From contig CAYWJO010000014.1 in the NCBI GenBank assembly GCA_964458565.1, positions 32,256 through 76,240 on the forward strand: 43,985 bases of DNA. Reading direction: 5' to 3'. Source of the stretch: an uncultured archaeon. GTDB lineage: Archaea; Asgardarchaeota; Thorarchaeia; Thorarchaeales; Thorarchaeaceae. Numbering within the stretch: position 1 is the first letter of the stretch; every line of letters begins with the position of its first letter. The translations under genes were made by a program, and so were the position numbers. A model generated the notes under the pieces. The model did no database searches. It worked only from the letters and a program-made list of their open reading frames with translations, and was not told the origin of the DNA. Shown piece by piece: positions 9,776 to 18,734 of the stretch.

Positions 9776-11170
9776 ATGCAGAGATTTGGTGGAAAAACAA
9801 CGGAAGATGATACAACAAAAGCTGCAGAAGTCTTCGCAATTGGTATAGGAGAATGTGGGTCAAATATCGTAGGTTCATATCTGAAAGCAAGTTCAGATAA
9901 GAAGCTTCCATCACGAGTGAAGGGTTACCTCCTACTCAACACAGACCGAGCTGATCTTACAAAAGTCCGTCAGAAATATGATATACCTAAGGAACATACC
10001 ATGTTGTACGGTGACAGTGACATTGGTGTAGGTGGTAGGTTTATGGATGGATTCAATGCAATGATCGAATCCAAGGACATTATTTTCGATCAGTTAGCTG
10101 GACTTGGATTTGAAGGTGTATCAGGTTTCTGCATCTTTACTTCACTGGGAGGCGGTACAGGTTGTGGAGGTACACCTGCAATTATCGAGCTCTTGAAGCA
10201 ACGTTTTCAAGAGGAAGAAGGTCGAAGAATATTCGTCTATGTTATTGGTATACTGCCATTCGAGGGTCAATCCAGTGAAGCGCTTAACTCAATTTGGGCT
10301 GTATCTAAACTCCTTCGTGCGCAATTGCAGGAACGAGGTGCTGATCTCACTATCCTACTGAGTAACAGAACTATGCTGAAGCGGATACTCCAGTCTCGAA
10401 GTGATGAGAGTGTAGGATATTTACAGAGGGAACTTGAAGTTGACGTTGCAGACATTCATCAATTAGAGAAAATGGTGCCTTCAACTATAGATGAAGGTGG
10501 AGATCTTGAGAAACGGACCGAACAGGCTTTTGTTGAGCTAGTTAATCCCATGGCATTAGATGTCGTAGAAGCAATGCTATCACCTGGAGTTTATGAAAGC
10601 TCCAAGGATGTCTTTCCAACGACAGACTTAGCAGACTATGCTCGGAAACTAGACCCTGTAGTTGTTCCAGCACTTTATCCTGATATCGGTCTAATACCTG
10701 ATGCAGGAAGTATGCCTAACCAGCTAAGGGCCATGATAGATTATGCAGTACGGGAGTGCTCCTACGCAGACGTTGGAGAACAGCCAAACGCAGAAAGTGT
10801 GTACTATGTGTTTAGCGGACCACGTCATATATCTAAAGCTGAATATGGAATGCATCTAAAGGAAGCATTGGACAAGTTCATTGCTCCTGGAGCAGCCATT
10901 ACTCCATGCTACGTGCAATATCATGAACAGGACACACCATCAAACTTGCTTCTGCTTCTTGGATTACCCAAGATACCTGAACTTGTGCAAATCATAAATG
11001 AAGCCACTCAGCTTGTCAATTTGCACAGTGGTGCATCACCACTCAAACAGGGCTGGTTCATGCGTTCAAAAGGTACCACAAGGAAGGAGCTGGTCAGCGC
11101 TATCTCTGATTTCAGAGAATTATTCAGCTATTATTTGTCGCCCACCGATACACAGACTCCAATGGAGTGA
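9776..11170 (+). CDS. Divergent tubulin/FtsZ-superfamily GTPase (CetZ/tubulin-like, not canonical FtsZ)
   Basis: T1 GIGECGSNI, LNTDRADL, T3 GVGG, signature SLGGGTGCGG (GGGTGCGG at nt 10148-10171), ILPFEG, LSN and T7-like TTDLADY. Confidence 0.9.
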   Translation: MQRFGGKTTEDDTTKAAEVFAIGIGECGSNIVGSYLKASSDKKLPSRVKGYLLLNTDRADLTKVRQKYDIPKEHTMLYGDSDIGVGGRFMDGFNAMIESKDIIFDQLAGLGFEGVSGFCIFTSLGGGTGCGGTPAIIELLKQRFQEEEGRRIFVYVIGILPFEGQSSEALNSIWAVSKLLRAQLQERGADLTILLSNRTMLKRILQSRSDESVGYLQRELEVDVADIHQLEKMVPSTIDEGGDLEKRTEQAFVELVNPMALDVVEAMLSPGVYESSKDVFPTTDLADYARKLDPVVVPALYPDIGLIPDAGSMPNQLRAMIDYAVRECSYADVGEQPNAESVYYVFSGPRHISKAEYGMHLKEALDKFIAPGAAITPCYVQYHEQDTPSNLLLLLGLPKIPELVQIINEATQLVNLHSGASPLKQGWFMRSKGTTRKELVSAISDFRELFSYYLSPTDTQTPME

Positions 11171-11177
11171 GTACACT

Positions 11178-12236
11178 TTGAGTGAACCAATTGATATGAA
11201 CGAGTTAATTGACAGATTGCTACTGGTAGCAACACTCAATTCAACTCTGGTTCATTTCTTGCTGTCATCACAGATTGAGGGTCAGGTCGATCCAGATAGA
11301 GTAGACTCACTTACCCAAGGATTGAAACGTACTAGGCAATGGATGGAAAATGCGACGACTGCGGAAGGTATACCTGAATCAACAGCCAATATCATGGGAC
11401 TCATCGTGAAGCGGCTTTCTCAAATTGAGAGCCTTCTGCCAAAATTGTCCGTACGTGCTCAAACATCATCTACAGCCCCAACTGCTGAGATATTGTCATT
11501 GCTTGATGGAGGTCATAAAGCACCAACAAGAACTGATGTAGTGACAACGGAAACGACACATTCTGACTCAGGACTTGTATCGGTCAAAGGAGAAGAAGAA
11601 CAGGAACCTGAAGAACCCTACATAAAGACCGAGATAGAAGATGATGAATGGGGATATATTGGTCAGCAGAGACGACTAATAGACCAATATAGCAAGCGAT
11701 GTCATGTACTTCTCCCAACCTTCTGGTATGAAGTTCTACGAGAACTTCACAAGTACCAATCAAAGTCAACCTATATGGGAGATGTCATCGATGAACCATC
11801 CAAGACCGTCATGAGGGTAATCAAAGGATTACTCACTGAAGCTCCTGGTGCTAGATTGTTACAGGATCTTTCAAAACGAAGACCACAAGAGAGAGACCTA
11901 ATGGGTTCAGAGATTGAAAGAATCGAAAGAGCAGTAGCTAACTATTATCGCGGAGTTGAAGGTATACTAAAGGGTGAGAAACTTCGAGTGCAAGAAAAGA
12001 TAGATGAAGCATCTGCTACATTTGATGGGTTCGATTGGGGAGGTCCTGAGCTTGAGAAACGCATCATCAAGAGATTCAATCAGAGAGCAGAAGAAGCACT
12101 TCGCTCTGCTGAGTCGGACTCTGATGAAATACGTCAAGTTATTCTTGCTGAGGTATCTAAGCTACTTTGCAAGCTCCAGCTTGCAATCTTAGCTGAACCA
12201 CGTTTGAGAGAAATTCTGACTCAGATGAAACCTTGA
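11178..12236 (+). CDS. Hypothetical helical protein, third gene of the tubulin-like operon
   Basis: Likely start is TTG 11178 or ATG 11196, just after the GTPase stop. Two helical domains joined by a Thr/Ser/Glu-rich linker. Confidence 0.7.
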   Translation: MSEPIDMNELIDRLLLVATLNSTLVHFLLSSQIEGQVDPDRVDSLTQGLKRTRQWMENATTAEGIPESTANIMGLIVKRLSQIESLLPKLSVRAQTSSTAPTAEILSLLDGGHKAPTRTDVVTTETTHSDSGLVSVKGEEEQEPEEPYIKTEIEDDEWGYIGQQRRLIDQYSKRCHVLLPTFWYEVLRELHKYQSKSTYMGDVIDEPSKTVMRVIKGLLTEAPGARLLQDLSKRRPQERDLMGSEIERIERAVANYYRGVEGILKGEKLRVQEKIDEASATFDGFDWGGPELEKRIIKRFNQRAEEALRSAESDSDEIRQVILAEVSKLLCKLQLAILAEPRLREILTQMKP

Positions 12237-12241
12237 TGAGT

Positions 12242-13513
12242 TTACACGTGTCTTCGCTTTACTAGAATGACCAACGCAACAAGACCGATAATACCAATCC
12301 CAACAAGAATAATGATGAACATGTCTGATTGGTAGATTGCAGGAGTTGGAGTTCCATAGACGACTATACAAAGATTGTAGTAATCTCCATCACCGTACTG
12401 CGCATGCAAATATAATACTCCTTTATCAGTTGCAGCAATACCTCGAACCCATGAGAATACGCTAGTGAATTCATAATCCCACGTATCTGGTGCTCTAAGA
12501 GTTTTATTCCATACAAGATTACCATCTGCATTGAACTTGTCAAGTATCATTGTTGGCTCTGTCTCATTCCGGATTTTATAGTAGAGATATACCGAACCAT
12601 TACTTGCTGTATCAATTCCGCCACAACTATGCAGACTGCCATAATAATCTTCCCAGCCGATTGAGTCAGTTGTATTCCATATTTCATTCTGGTTAGCATC
12701 AAACTTGCGTAGCGTATACCCTGGTTCGGTGGCAACGATGTAATTTCCATCACTTAGGACATCGAATAAGAAAGTAGGTACTACTGAAGCCCACTTTACT
12801 GAACCCGATGTATCCCATTGTTTCATACCCCCATAATACGGATCTAAGGAATAGATGAGTCCATTCTCAGACATTTTCATTTCCATGTCACGCCCAACAC
12901 AGTACCCTCCTGAATAGTTTGCAAGAAGTGTACCATCAGCGTTGTACTTGAGTAATACTTCTAATCCTAAGTGAAGTTGTGTCGCAGTTTCGTTGTGATC
13001 AAAAATCGCACAGAGAACATACACATTCCCATCAAGATCAACATCAACATCCCAAGCTCTTTGCTTGGAGGTCCAATTCCAGGTCCGTGACCAAAGGATA
13101 TCACCATTGGATGACCATTTTACAAGGAGTGTTTTGACTACAGATTCTGATGATATCCATCCTGCTGTATAGATGAATGAACTTGATAATGCGATGCCAT
13201 TAATCTGTGTATGTTGACTTCTATCCCAAGTCCTATTCCAAACCAAATTGGCTGTGGGACTCCACTTCACAAGATGAAATGTATAATTCTCAGTAAATCC
13301 GTAATCATCACTGGACCCAATCTGATATACATATCCATCATCAGCAATTTCAAAATCTACAGCGTGAACAGAAATCCAACCCGGATTCCATAAGCCATAG
13401 TATGAGGGCTTAATTGTTCCTGATACGACAACCCCATTTGAGGGAACGAAGGAGATACATCCTAAAGATATCAGATAAATCAGAATCCCACACACGAATA
13501 GTTTCTTCCTCAT
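12242..13513 (-). CDS. Secreted beta-propeller repeat protein with C-terminal TM anchor
   Basis: Signal peptide, repeats such as LVKWSSNGDILWSRTW and LDKFNADGNLVWNKT, then TM plus KRRHV. Confidence 0.78.
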   Translation of the reverse strand: MRKKLFVCGILIYLISLGCISFVPSNGVVVSGTIKPSYYGLWNPGWISVHAVDFEIADDGYVYQIGSSDDYGFTENYTFHLVKWSPTANLVWNRTWDRSQHTQINGIALSSSFIYTAGWISSESVVKTLLVKWSSNGDILWSRTWNWTSKQRAWDVDVDLDGNVYVLCAIFDHNETATQLHLGLEVLLKYNADGTLLANYSGGYCVGRDMEMKMSENGLIYSLDPYYGGMKQWDTSGSVKWASVVPTFLFDVLSDGNYIVATEPGYTLRKFDANQNEIWNTTDSIGWEDYYGSLHSCGGIDTASNGSVYLYYKIRNETEPTMILDKFNADGNLVWNKTLRAPDTWDYEFTSVFSWVRGIAATDKGVLYLHAQYGDGDYYNLCIVVYGTPTPAIYQSDMFIIILVGIGIIGLVALVILVKRRHV

Positions 13514-13690
13514 TAAATTGACCTCTACTAATAGTTTGTATCCCAGATGTTTTCATTTACAATCATATATGTTTTGGTAATCATTTTCATCAGAGAACGA
13601 GAACGCTTAGAAATTGAAAGTACAGTCCATAGACAAATCCCATATAAGGGATAATACCTCTCAGCACATAATACAAGACGAGGGTGAGAA

Positions 13691-15097
13691 ATGTCTGATC
13701 TCAAAACAATGTTGAATCCGAAAGTAACTGCAGTAGTGGGTGTATCAACGTCAAATCCGTTTTCTCCTGGAAATGTGATATTCAGAAAACTTGCATTCGA
13801 AAATGGATTGCCTACATATCCAATCAATCCTAAAGGTGGTACTGTCGAAGGTATCCCAGTTCACAAGTCGATTGCTGAAGCGCCTGATGATATAGAGCTC
13901 GTTGTAATCTCGGTACCTGCAAAATATGTACCTAGTGTTTTAGAGGAATGTGGTCAGAAGAAAATCAAGTCTGTAATAGTTGTTTCAGGTGGTTTTAGTG
14001 AGACTGGAGAGAGTGGAACAAGTCTGCAAAAAGAAATCGTCGAGATTGCCAATAAATATGGTATCACTATGGTAGGTCCTAACTGTATTGGAGTTTTTGT
14101 GCCAGATGTATTGGATACGTTCTTCCTACCATCGGAACGGGTTGCACGTCCAAGAAGGGGAAGTGTCGCAATTATTTCTCAATCAGGAGGATGGTTGATC
14201 GAGCGACTAGAGGAATTTGCGGATCGAGATTTGGGGATTGCAGGAGCAATATCGATAGGAAATCAGGCTCAGACTTCCACAACAGACTTTGTGAAATTCT
14301 TTGGTCAGGATGATAATGTGAAGGTAATCCTAGCATATATTGAAGGTTTTGGACCTGAACAGGGACGTCATTTTGTTCAGGAATGTGCAAAGATTGCCAA
14401 GAAGAAACCAGTAATCGTTCTCAAAGGTGGACAATCAGAAGCTGGTCATCGAGCTACCCAGAGTCATACCTCATCTTTAGCAGGAGACAAAGCAGTAGCA
14501 TCAGCTGCTTTCAGACAATTCGGCGTTATTGAAGCTAAAGATGAAGATGAAGTTATGGCATTTTCTAAAGTGTTCTCATTCAAACCTAAACCGATGAGAG
14601 GTAAATACGTTGGAGCACTGAGTGTTAGTGGCGGTCATGGTGTTATTGCTACTGACGAGGCTGATCACGCAGGATTAGAATTTCCGCAATTCACATCTGA
14701 AGAACAAGCTAGACTGAGAGAAGTTATGACGCCAGCATATCAGGGAATTGCTTCATTTAGGAACCCATGCGACCTAACTGGAAGTGCGTCAGATATTGAT
14801 TACGAAAGAGTTCTTGACGAATTACTGAAGATAGAGAGAATCGATGCTGCTCTACTCTTATTGCTGCCATATGCACCAGGTATATCACTTCAAATTGGTG
14901 CCAGAGTTGCAAATGTTGCAAAAAGACATGACAAGACTGTCGTATCCTATGTCCCCGACCTAGAGAAATATGAAGTCATCATTCGTGGTTTTGAATTGAA
15001 TGGAATCCCTGTCGGAGATACAATTGAAGAGGCAGTACAAATGTTGAGTGGGATTAGAAAACGGTCACAATATCTCTATAGAATCGGAGCGATTTAA
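13691..15097 (+). CDS. acdA: Acetate/acyl-CoA ligase (ADP-forming), alpha subunit
   Basis: CoA-binding domain (AVVGVS, YPINP, GGFSE, GPNCIG), SQSGG, phospho-His motif SHTSSLAG and NPCDLTG. Confidence 0.88.
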   Translation: MSDLKTMLNPKVTAVVGVSTSNPFSPGNVIFRKLAFENGLPTYPINPKGGTVEGIPVHKSIAEAPDDIELVVISVPAKYVPSVLEECGQKKIKSVIVVSGGFSETGESGTSLQKEIVEIANKYGITMVGPNCIGVFVPDVLDTFFLPSERVARPRRGSVAIISQSGGWLIERLEEFADRDLGIAGAISIGNQAQTSTTDFVKFFGQDDNVKVILAYIEGFGPEQGRHFVQECAKIAKKKPVIVLKGGQSEAGHRATQSHTSSLAGDKAVASAAFRQFGVIEAKDEDEVMAFSKVFSFKPKPMRGKYVGALSVSGGHGVIATDEADHAGLEFPQFTSEEQARLREVMTPAYQGIASFRNPCDLTGSASDIDYERVLDELLKIERIDAALLLLLPYAPGISLQIGARVANVAKRHDKTVVSYVPDLEKYEVIIRGFELNGIPVGDTIEEAVQMLSGIRKRSQYLYRIGAI

Positions 15098-15152
15098 CAT
15101 ATAGAGAAAGAGTTGGTTTCACAACCAGCACTTCATTCTGTTTTGTATTGAC

Positions 15153-16283
15153 CTAGTCCCCACCTGCTATTTTTGTGTAATCAATTCCAAGTGAATTAAG
15201 ACTATCAGCTAACTCACCTTTGATAATAAGAGGTCTCGATACCAAATCATCAACAGTTTCACAACCTAATAGATACATTGTCACTCTGAGACCTTCTAGA
15301 AATTTATTCAACTCGTAAATAACATCATCAGTAGTGCCATGAACAGCAGGGCGAAGTAGAGGAATAGCTACACCTGCCGCTATTGATCCAATACTTACGG
15401 CTTTTGCAGCGTCAATCCCAGTCCGAATCCCACCTGTTGCGACTACATCGAGATCGGTTGAATCAAGAATCATAATCACACTGAGTGCAGTGGGTATGCC
15501 CCATTCCCAGAATATTTTGCCTAAATAGGATTTAACTGAATCTTCTTCCTTCATTGCTCGGTAATATTCTACAGCAGACCAGCTTGTACCTCCTGCGCCT
15601 CCACAATCTATTGCATCAACACCAATAGATTCCAGTCTTGAGGCCACATTAGCTGAAATACCAGCTCCAGTTTCCTTGATCATAACTGGAATTTCAACAG
15701 TGTCGACAATATCTGCTATCTTATCCAAAACACCTATTGAGTTGCAATCCCCTTCGGGTTGTACTGCTTCCTGCAGTGGATTCAAATGAATTGCTAGAAT
15801 GTCTGCATCAATCATCTCGATTGCTTTGGATGCGACATCAACGTGAGTCGCCCCGATGTTCGCAATTATTGGTACTGATGGAGCATACTCCCGAACAACT
15901 CTAAATGTATCAGCTAATGAGGGATTTTCTATCGCGGATCTTTGACTGCCTACACCAATGGGGAGTCTTAGTTCTTCTGCAGCTTCTGCTAATCGCTTAT
16001 TGATTGCTAAAGTTTCAGGATGGCCACCAGTCATTCCTGCGATAATAATTGGAGCAGCTGCTCTCAGTCCCAAAAAATTCGTTGTAAGATCAATCTCATC
16101 TTTGTCAATCTCGGGTAGAGCGTTATGAATAAATTGAATGTCATCAAACATGGTTCCGATTTCATATTGAACATCCTCATCTAGGCATATCTCAATATGT
16201 TCCATTTTGCGGCGCCTTGTTTGAATAGATTCTACATCATCTTCAGATACATCTGCACCAGTTCTGCTTTCTTCATGAGTCAA
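15153..16283 (-). CDS. fni: Type 2 isopentenyl-diphosphate delta-isomerase (FMN-dependent)
   Basis: RKMEH, GMTGG, GVGSQR, HLNPLQEAVQPEGD, KETGAG, GAGGTSW and TGGIRTG. Likely start is TTG 16283 after a GGAGG RBS; the ORF track starts at 16331. Confidence 0.95.
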   Translation of the reverse strand: MTHEESRTGADVSEDDVESIQTRRRKMEHIEICLDEDVQYEIGTMFDDIQFIHNALPEIDKDEIDLTTNFLGLRAAAPIIIAGMTGGHPETLAINKRLAEAAEELRLPIGVGSQRSAIENPSLADTFRVVREYAPSVPIIANIGATHVDVASKAIEMIDADILAIHLNPLQEAVQPEGDCNSIGVLDKIADIVDTVEIPVMIKETGAGISANVASRLESIGVDAIDCGGAGGTSWSAVEYYRAMKEEDSVKSYLGKIFWEWGIPTALSVIMILDSTDLDVVATGGIRTGIDAAKAVSIGSIAAGVAIPLLRPAVHGTTDDVIYELNKFLEGLRVTMYLLGCETVDDLVSRPLIIKGELADSLNSLGIDYTKIAGGD

Positions 16284-16407
16284 AGGAGAACCTCCTGCAA
16301 AATAGCAAAAACACCACTTCTTGATAGCCATATCGGTTGGTACGTTCTGTATTGCTTGATGCGAAGCTTTTATTGTGCATTTATTTCATAACTGAAGATG
16401 TGAAAGG

Positions 16408-16956
16408 ATGATGGACGAAGAAAAAAAATATCGTGTTGAAGAAACTGGTGAAAGCGATAGAGATGAATCGATAAAAGGCTTCTTAGCTCCACTTCCTGAA
16501 TCAAAGACAACTCGTCGAAACCGCGGTAAACGTACGGTACCCATGACCAAACTATTTGGAGTTGAAATGAAAGAAACAACACGAGATTGGATTATTCTCG
16601 TTTTGATGCCAATGATTGCAGGACTTATCGATGCATCCATATATTCTTTGGTTGTTGTTGATGCTCTCCTAGACGACACGCTTTACTTGTTCATAATTCC
16701 GATGATTGCTGCTATTCCAATTGGACTGACTATTGCTTACGCAAGTAGGGCTCTACTAGGAGGAATCCTTACTGTATTATTCTTTGCCATATTTATGCTG
16801 ATATTTCTTGCATCGCCAGGATTCTTTGCAGCAGATTTAAGCCCATTTGATTATATGTTTGCTAGTGGAGTGTTTCTAGCAATCTATTCCTTGTTCATTA
16901 TATTTGCATCATTGCTTGGAACTCTTGTTGGAATTATAATAAGAGAGTTCTTTTAA
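16408..16956 (+). CDS. Small multi-pass membrane protein
   Basis: Charged N-terminus followed by about 4 TM helices. Confidence 0.7.
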   Translation: MMDEEKKYRVEETGESDRDESIKGFLAPLPESKTTRRNRGKRTVPMTKLFGVEMKETTRDWIILVLMPMIAGLIDASIYSLVVVDALLDDTLYLFIIPMIAAIPIGLTIAYASRALLGGILTVLFFAIFMLIFLASPGFFAADLSPFDYMFASGVFLAIYSLFIIFASLLGTLVGIIIREFF

Positions 16957-17056
16957 ATTCGAGGAACAGCATCAATCATATATGAGGGTGTATATGATAG
17001 TCATGTATCAAGGGACTTCAAGTCTTTCATAACAATCCCAACCCCCTAGCTGGCAT

Positions 17057-18028
17057 ATGCAGATGAACGAAGAAACGAAAATCCTGTATGAAGGAAAAAC
17101 CAAACGTATTCATTCAATCAGCAATGAATCAGATTACGTCTTAATTGAATTCAAAGATAGTATTCCGATAGAAGCAGGAATTTTAGAAGTTCAAGGGAGA
17201 GCAAAATTAGCGTGTGAAACATCTACCTTTCTCATGAAATTTTTAAAGCAGAAAGGAGTAGACACACACTTCGTTGAGAAACTTGAAGGTCCTAAAATAA
17301 AATGTCTGATGACAGAGGCATTTCCAACAAGGTTGGTTTGCAGAAATATTGCTACGCGAAAATTCGCAGACAGGGTTGGAATTGAGGAGAATCTTAGATT
17401 TGAAGACCCTATAATTGAGTTCTATCTTGAAAAAGACAACAAGATTGTAATGGTAAGTCAGGATGCTGTAAGAACTTTAACAGATTTATCCCCAGATGAA
17501 ATAACACTCCTAAAGTCTGTCGCTTCGTCAATCAACTATTATCTTAAGGAACTCTTTTTTCAAATTGATCTTGACCTCGCGGAAATTCGACTCAGGTTTG
17601 GGAGAACCCAAGCAGGACATTTGGTTTTAGCTGACGAAATAACTGGAGAAACAATGACGATTATTGAAAGAGCAGAAACAAAGAATTTACTATTTCCATG
17701 TGAACCGAAAACTGTTATTGATAATTATATGTACATTCTTGAGAAGATAGTTCAATCAGACTTCAAAAAAATTCCCACTCGATTAGAAACACTGTATGTT
17801 GAGGTGATGCCAAGAGCAGAAGTAAAAGACCCTAGTAGTCAAGCTGTTTTGCGAGCACTAAAAAAAGATGGAGTTGAGTTTATAGAAGATGGTAAGATGG
17901 GTAGAATCTTCTGTATGAAATTGAAAACTCCACTTACATCAGGAATATTATCTCAAATCAATGAAATGAGCATAGGTCTACTCTCAAATCCACTTTCGGA
18001 AACACATAAGCTGAGGATGCCAGAATGA
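17057..18028 (+). CDS. purC-purS: Degenerate PurC (SAICAR synthetase)-like domain fused to PurS
   Basis: PurC landmarks LYEGKTK, EFKD, THF, CRNIA and LADEI. C-terminal PurS motifs VKDP...AVLRAL...GR.F...LLSNPLSE. Catalytic motifs are altered (see findings). Confidence 0.85.
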   Translation: MQMNEETKILYEGKTKRIHSISNESDYVLIEFKDSIPIEAGILEVQGRAKLACETSTFLMKFLKQKGVDTHFVEKLEGPKIKCLMTEAFPTRLVCRNIATRKFADRVGIEENLRFEDPIIEFYLEKDNKIVMVSQDAVRTLTDLSPDEITLLKSVASSINYYLKELFFQIDLDLAEIRLRFGRTQAGHLVLADEITGETMTIIERAETKNLLFPCEPKTVIDNYMYILEKIVQSDFKKIPTRLETLYVEVMPRAEVKDPSSQAVLRALKKDGVEFIEDGKMGRIFCMKLKTPLTSGILSQINEMSIGLLSNPLSETHKLRMPE

Positions 18029-18723
18029 ATATTGCTGTCCTGAAATTTCCAGGTACCACATGCGATAAGGATGTTCAGAGAGCACTAAAATTGATTGATG
18101 GAGCAGAACCAGAAATCGTGCACAGTAAAAGCAAACCCGAAGTTCTGAAGGAGGCTAAAGGAATTATCATTCCTGGAGGTTACTCCTTTGGAGACTATGT
18201 ACGTCCTGGAGCTCTTGCCGCCAATTCAGAAATTATGGATGGCGTTATAGAGATGGCTGCAGCAGGACACCCTATACTAGGTATTAGTAATGGGTTTCAA
18301 ATGCTTACCGAAGTTGGATTACTACCAGGAACGCTCTTGAGAAATAATAACTGCAAATTCATTTGTAAATGGGTCTATCTCAGAGTATGCGAAGAGAGCA
18401 CACTCTTCACAGATTCACTTGCAGGACTTATAATCAGAATTCCAATTGCTCATGAATATGGCAACTTCTATTGTTCAGACCACACTCTGACAGCATTAAG
18501 AAATGCTGAAAGAATCCCATTTCGTTATTGTAATAGCAAAGGGGATCCCTTGATGGAGTTCAATCCCAACGGATCTATTGATAATATAGCGGGTGTTTTC
18601 AATGATAAAGGAAATATTCTAGGGATGATGCCACATCCGGAACGCGCATGCCGATCTCTACTTGGTTCGATCGATGGGTTGATTATTCTGGAGAATTTCG
18701 TGCGCGGTACTCAATCTGCATGA
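18025..18723 (+). CDS. purQ: PurQ-like class I glutamine amidotransferase with nucleophile Cys replaced by Ser
   Basis: FPGTTCD, PGGYSFGDY, GISNGFQ, NPNGS and GMMPHPER. ATGA overlap with the upstream gene. Confidence 0.9.
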   Translation: MNIAVLKFPGTTCDKDVQRALKLIDGAEPEIVHSKSKPEVLKEAKGIIIPGGYSFGDYVRPGALAANSEIMDGVIEMAAAGHPILGISNGFQMLTEVGLLPGTLLRNNNCKFICKWVYLRVCEESTLFTDSLAGLIIRIPIAHEYGNFYCSDHTLTALRNAERIPFRYCNSKGDPLMEFNPNGSIDNIAGVFNDKGNILGMMPHPERACRSLLGSIDGLIILENFVRGTQSA

Positions 18724-18734
18724 GGTGGAAATAG

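Noticed and set aside
9776-11170. Assigning the symbol ftsZ, cetZ or tubulin
   Set aside because: T1 is GECG rather than FtsZ GGxG, the FtsZ tail is absent and the features are mixed. The subfamily needs a phylogeny.
10998-11177. N-terminal 60-aa extension of the 412-aa ORF overlapping the GTPase gene
   Set aside because: It looks like off-frame sequence. TTG 11178 or ATG 11196 just after the upstream stop is more plausible.
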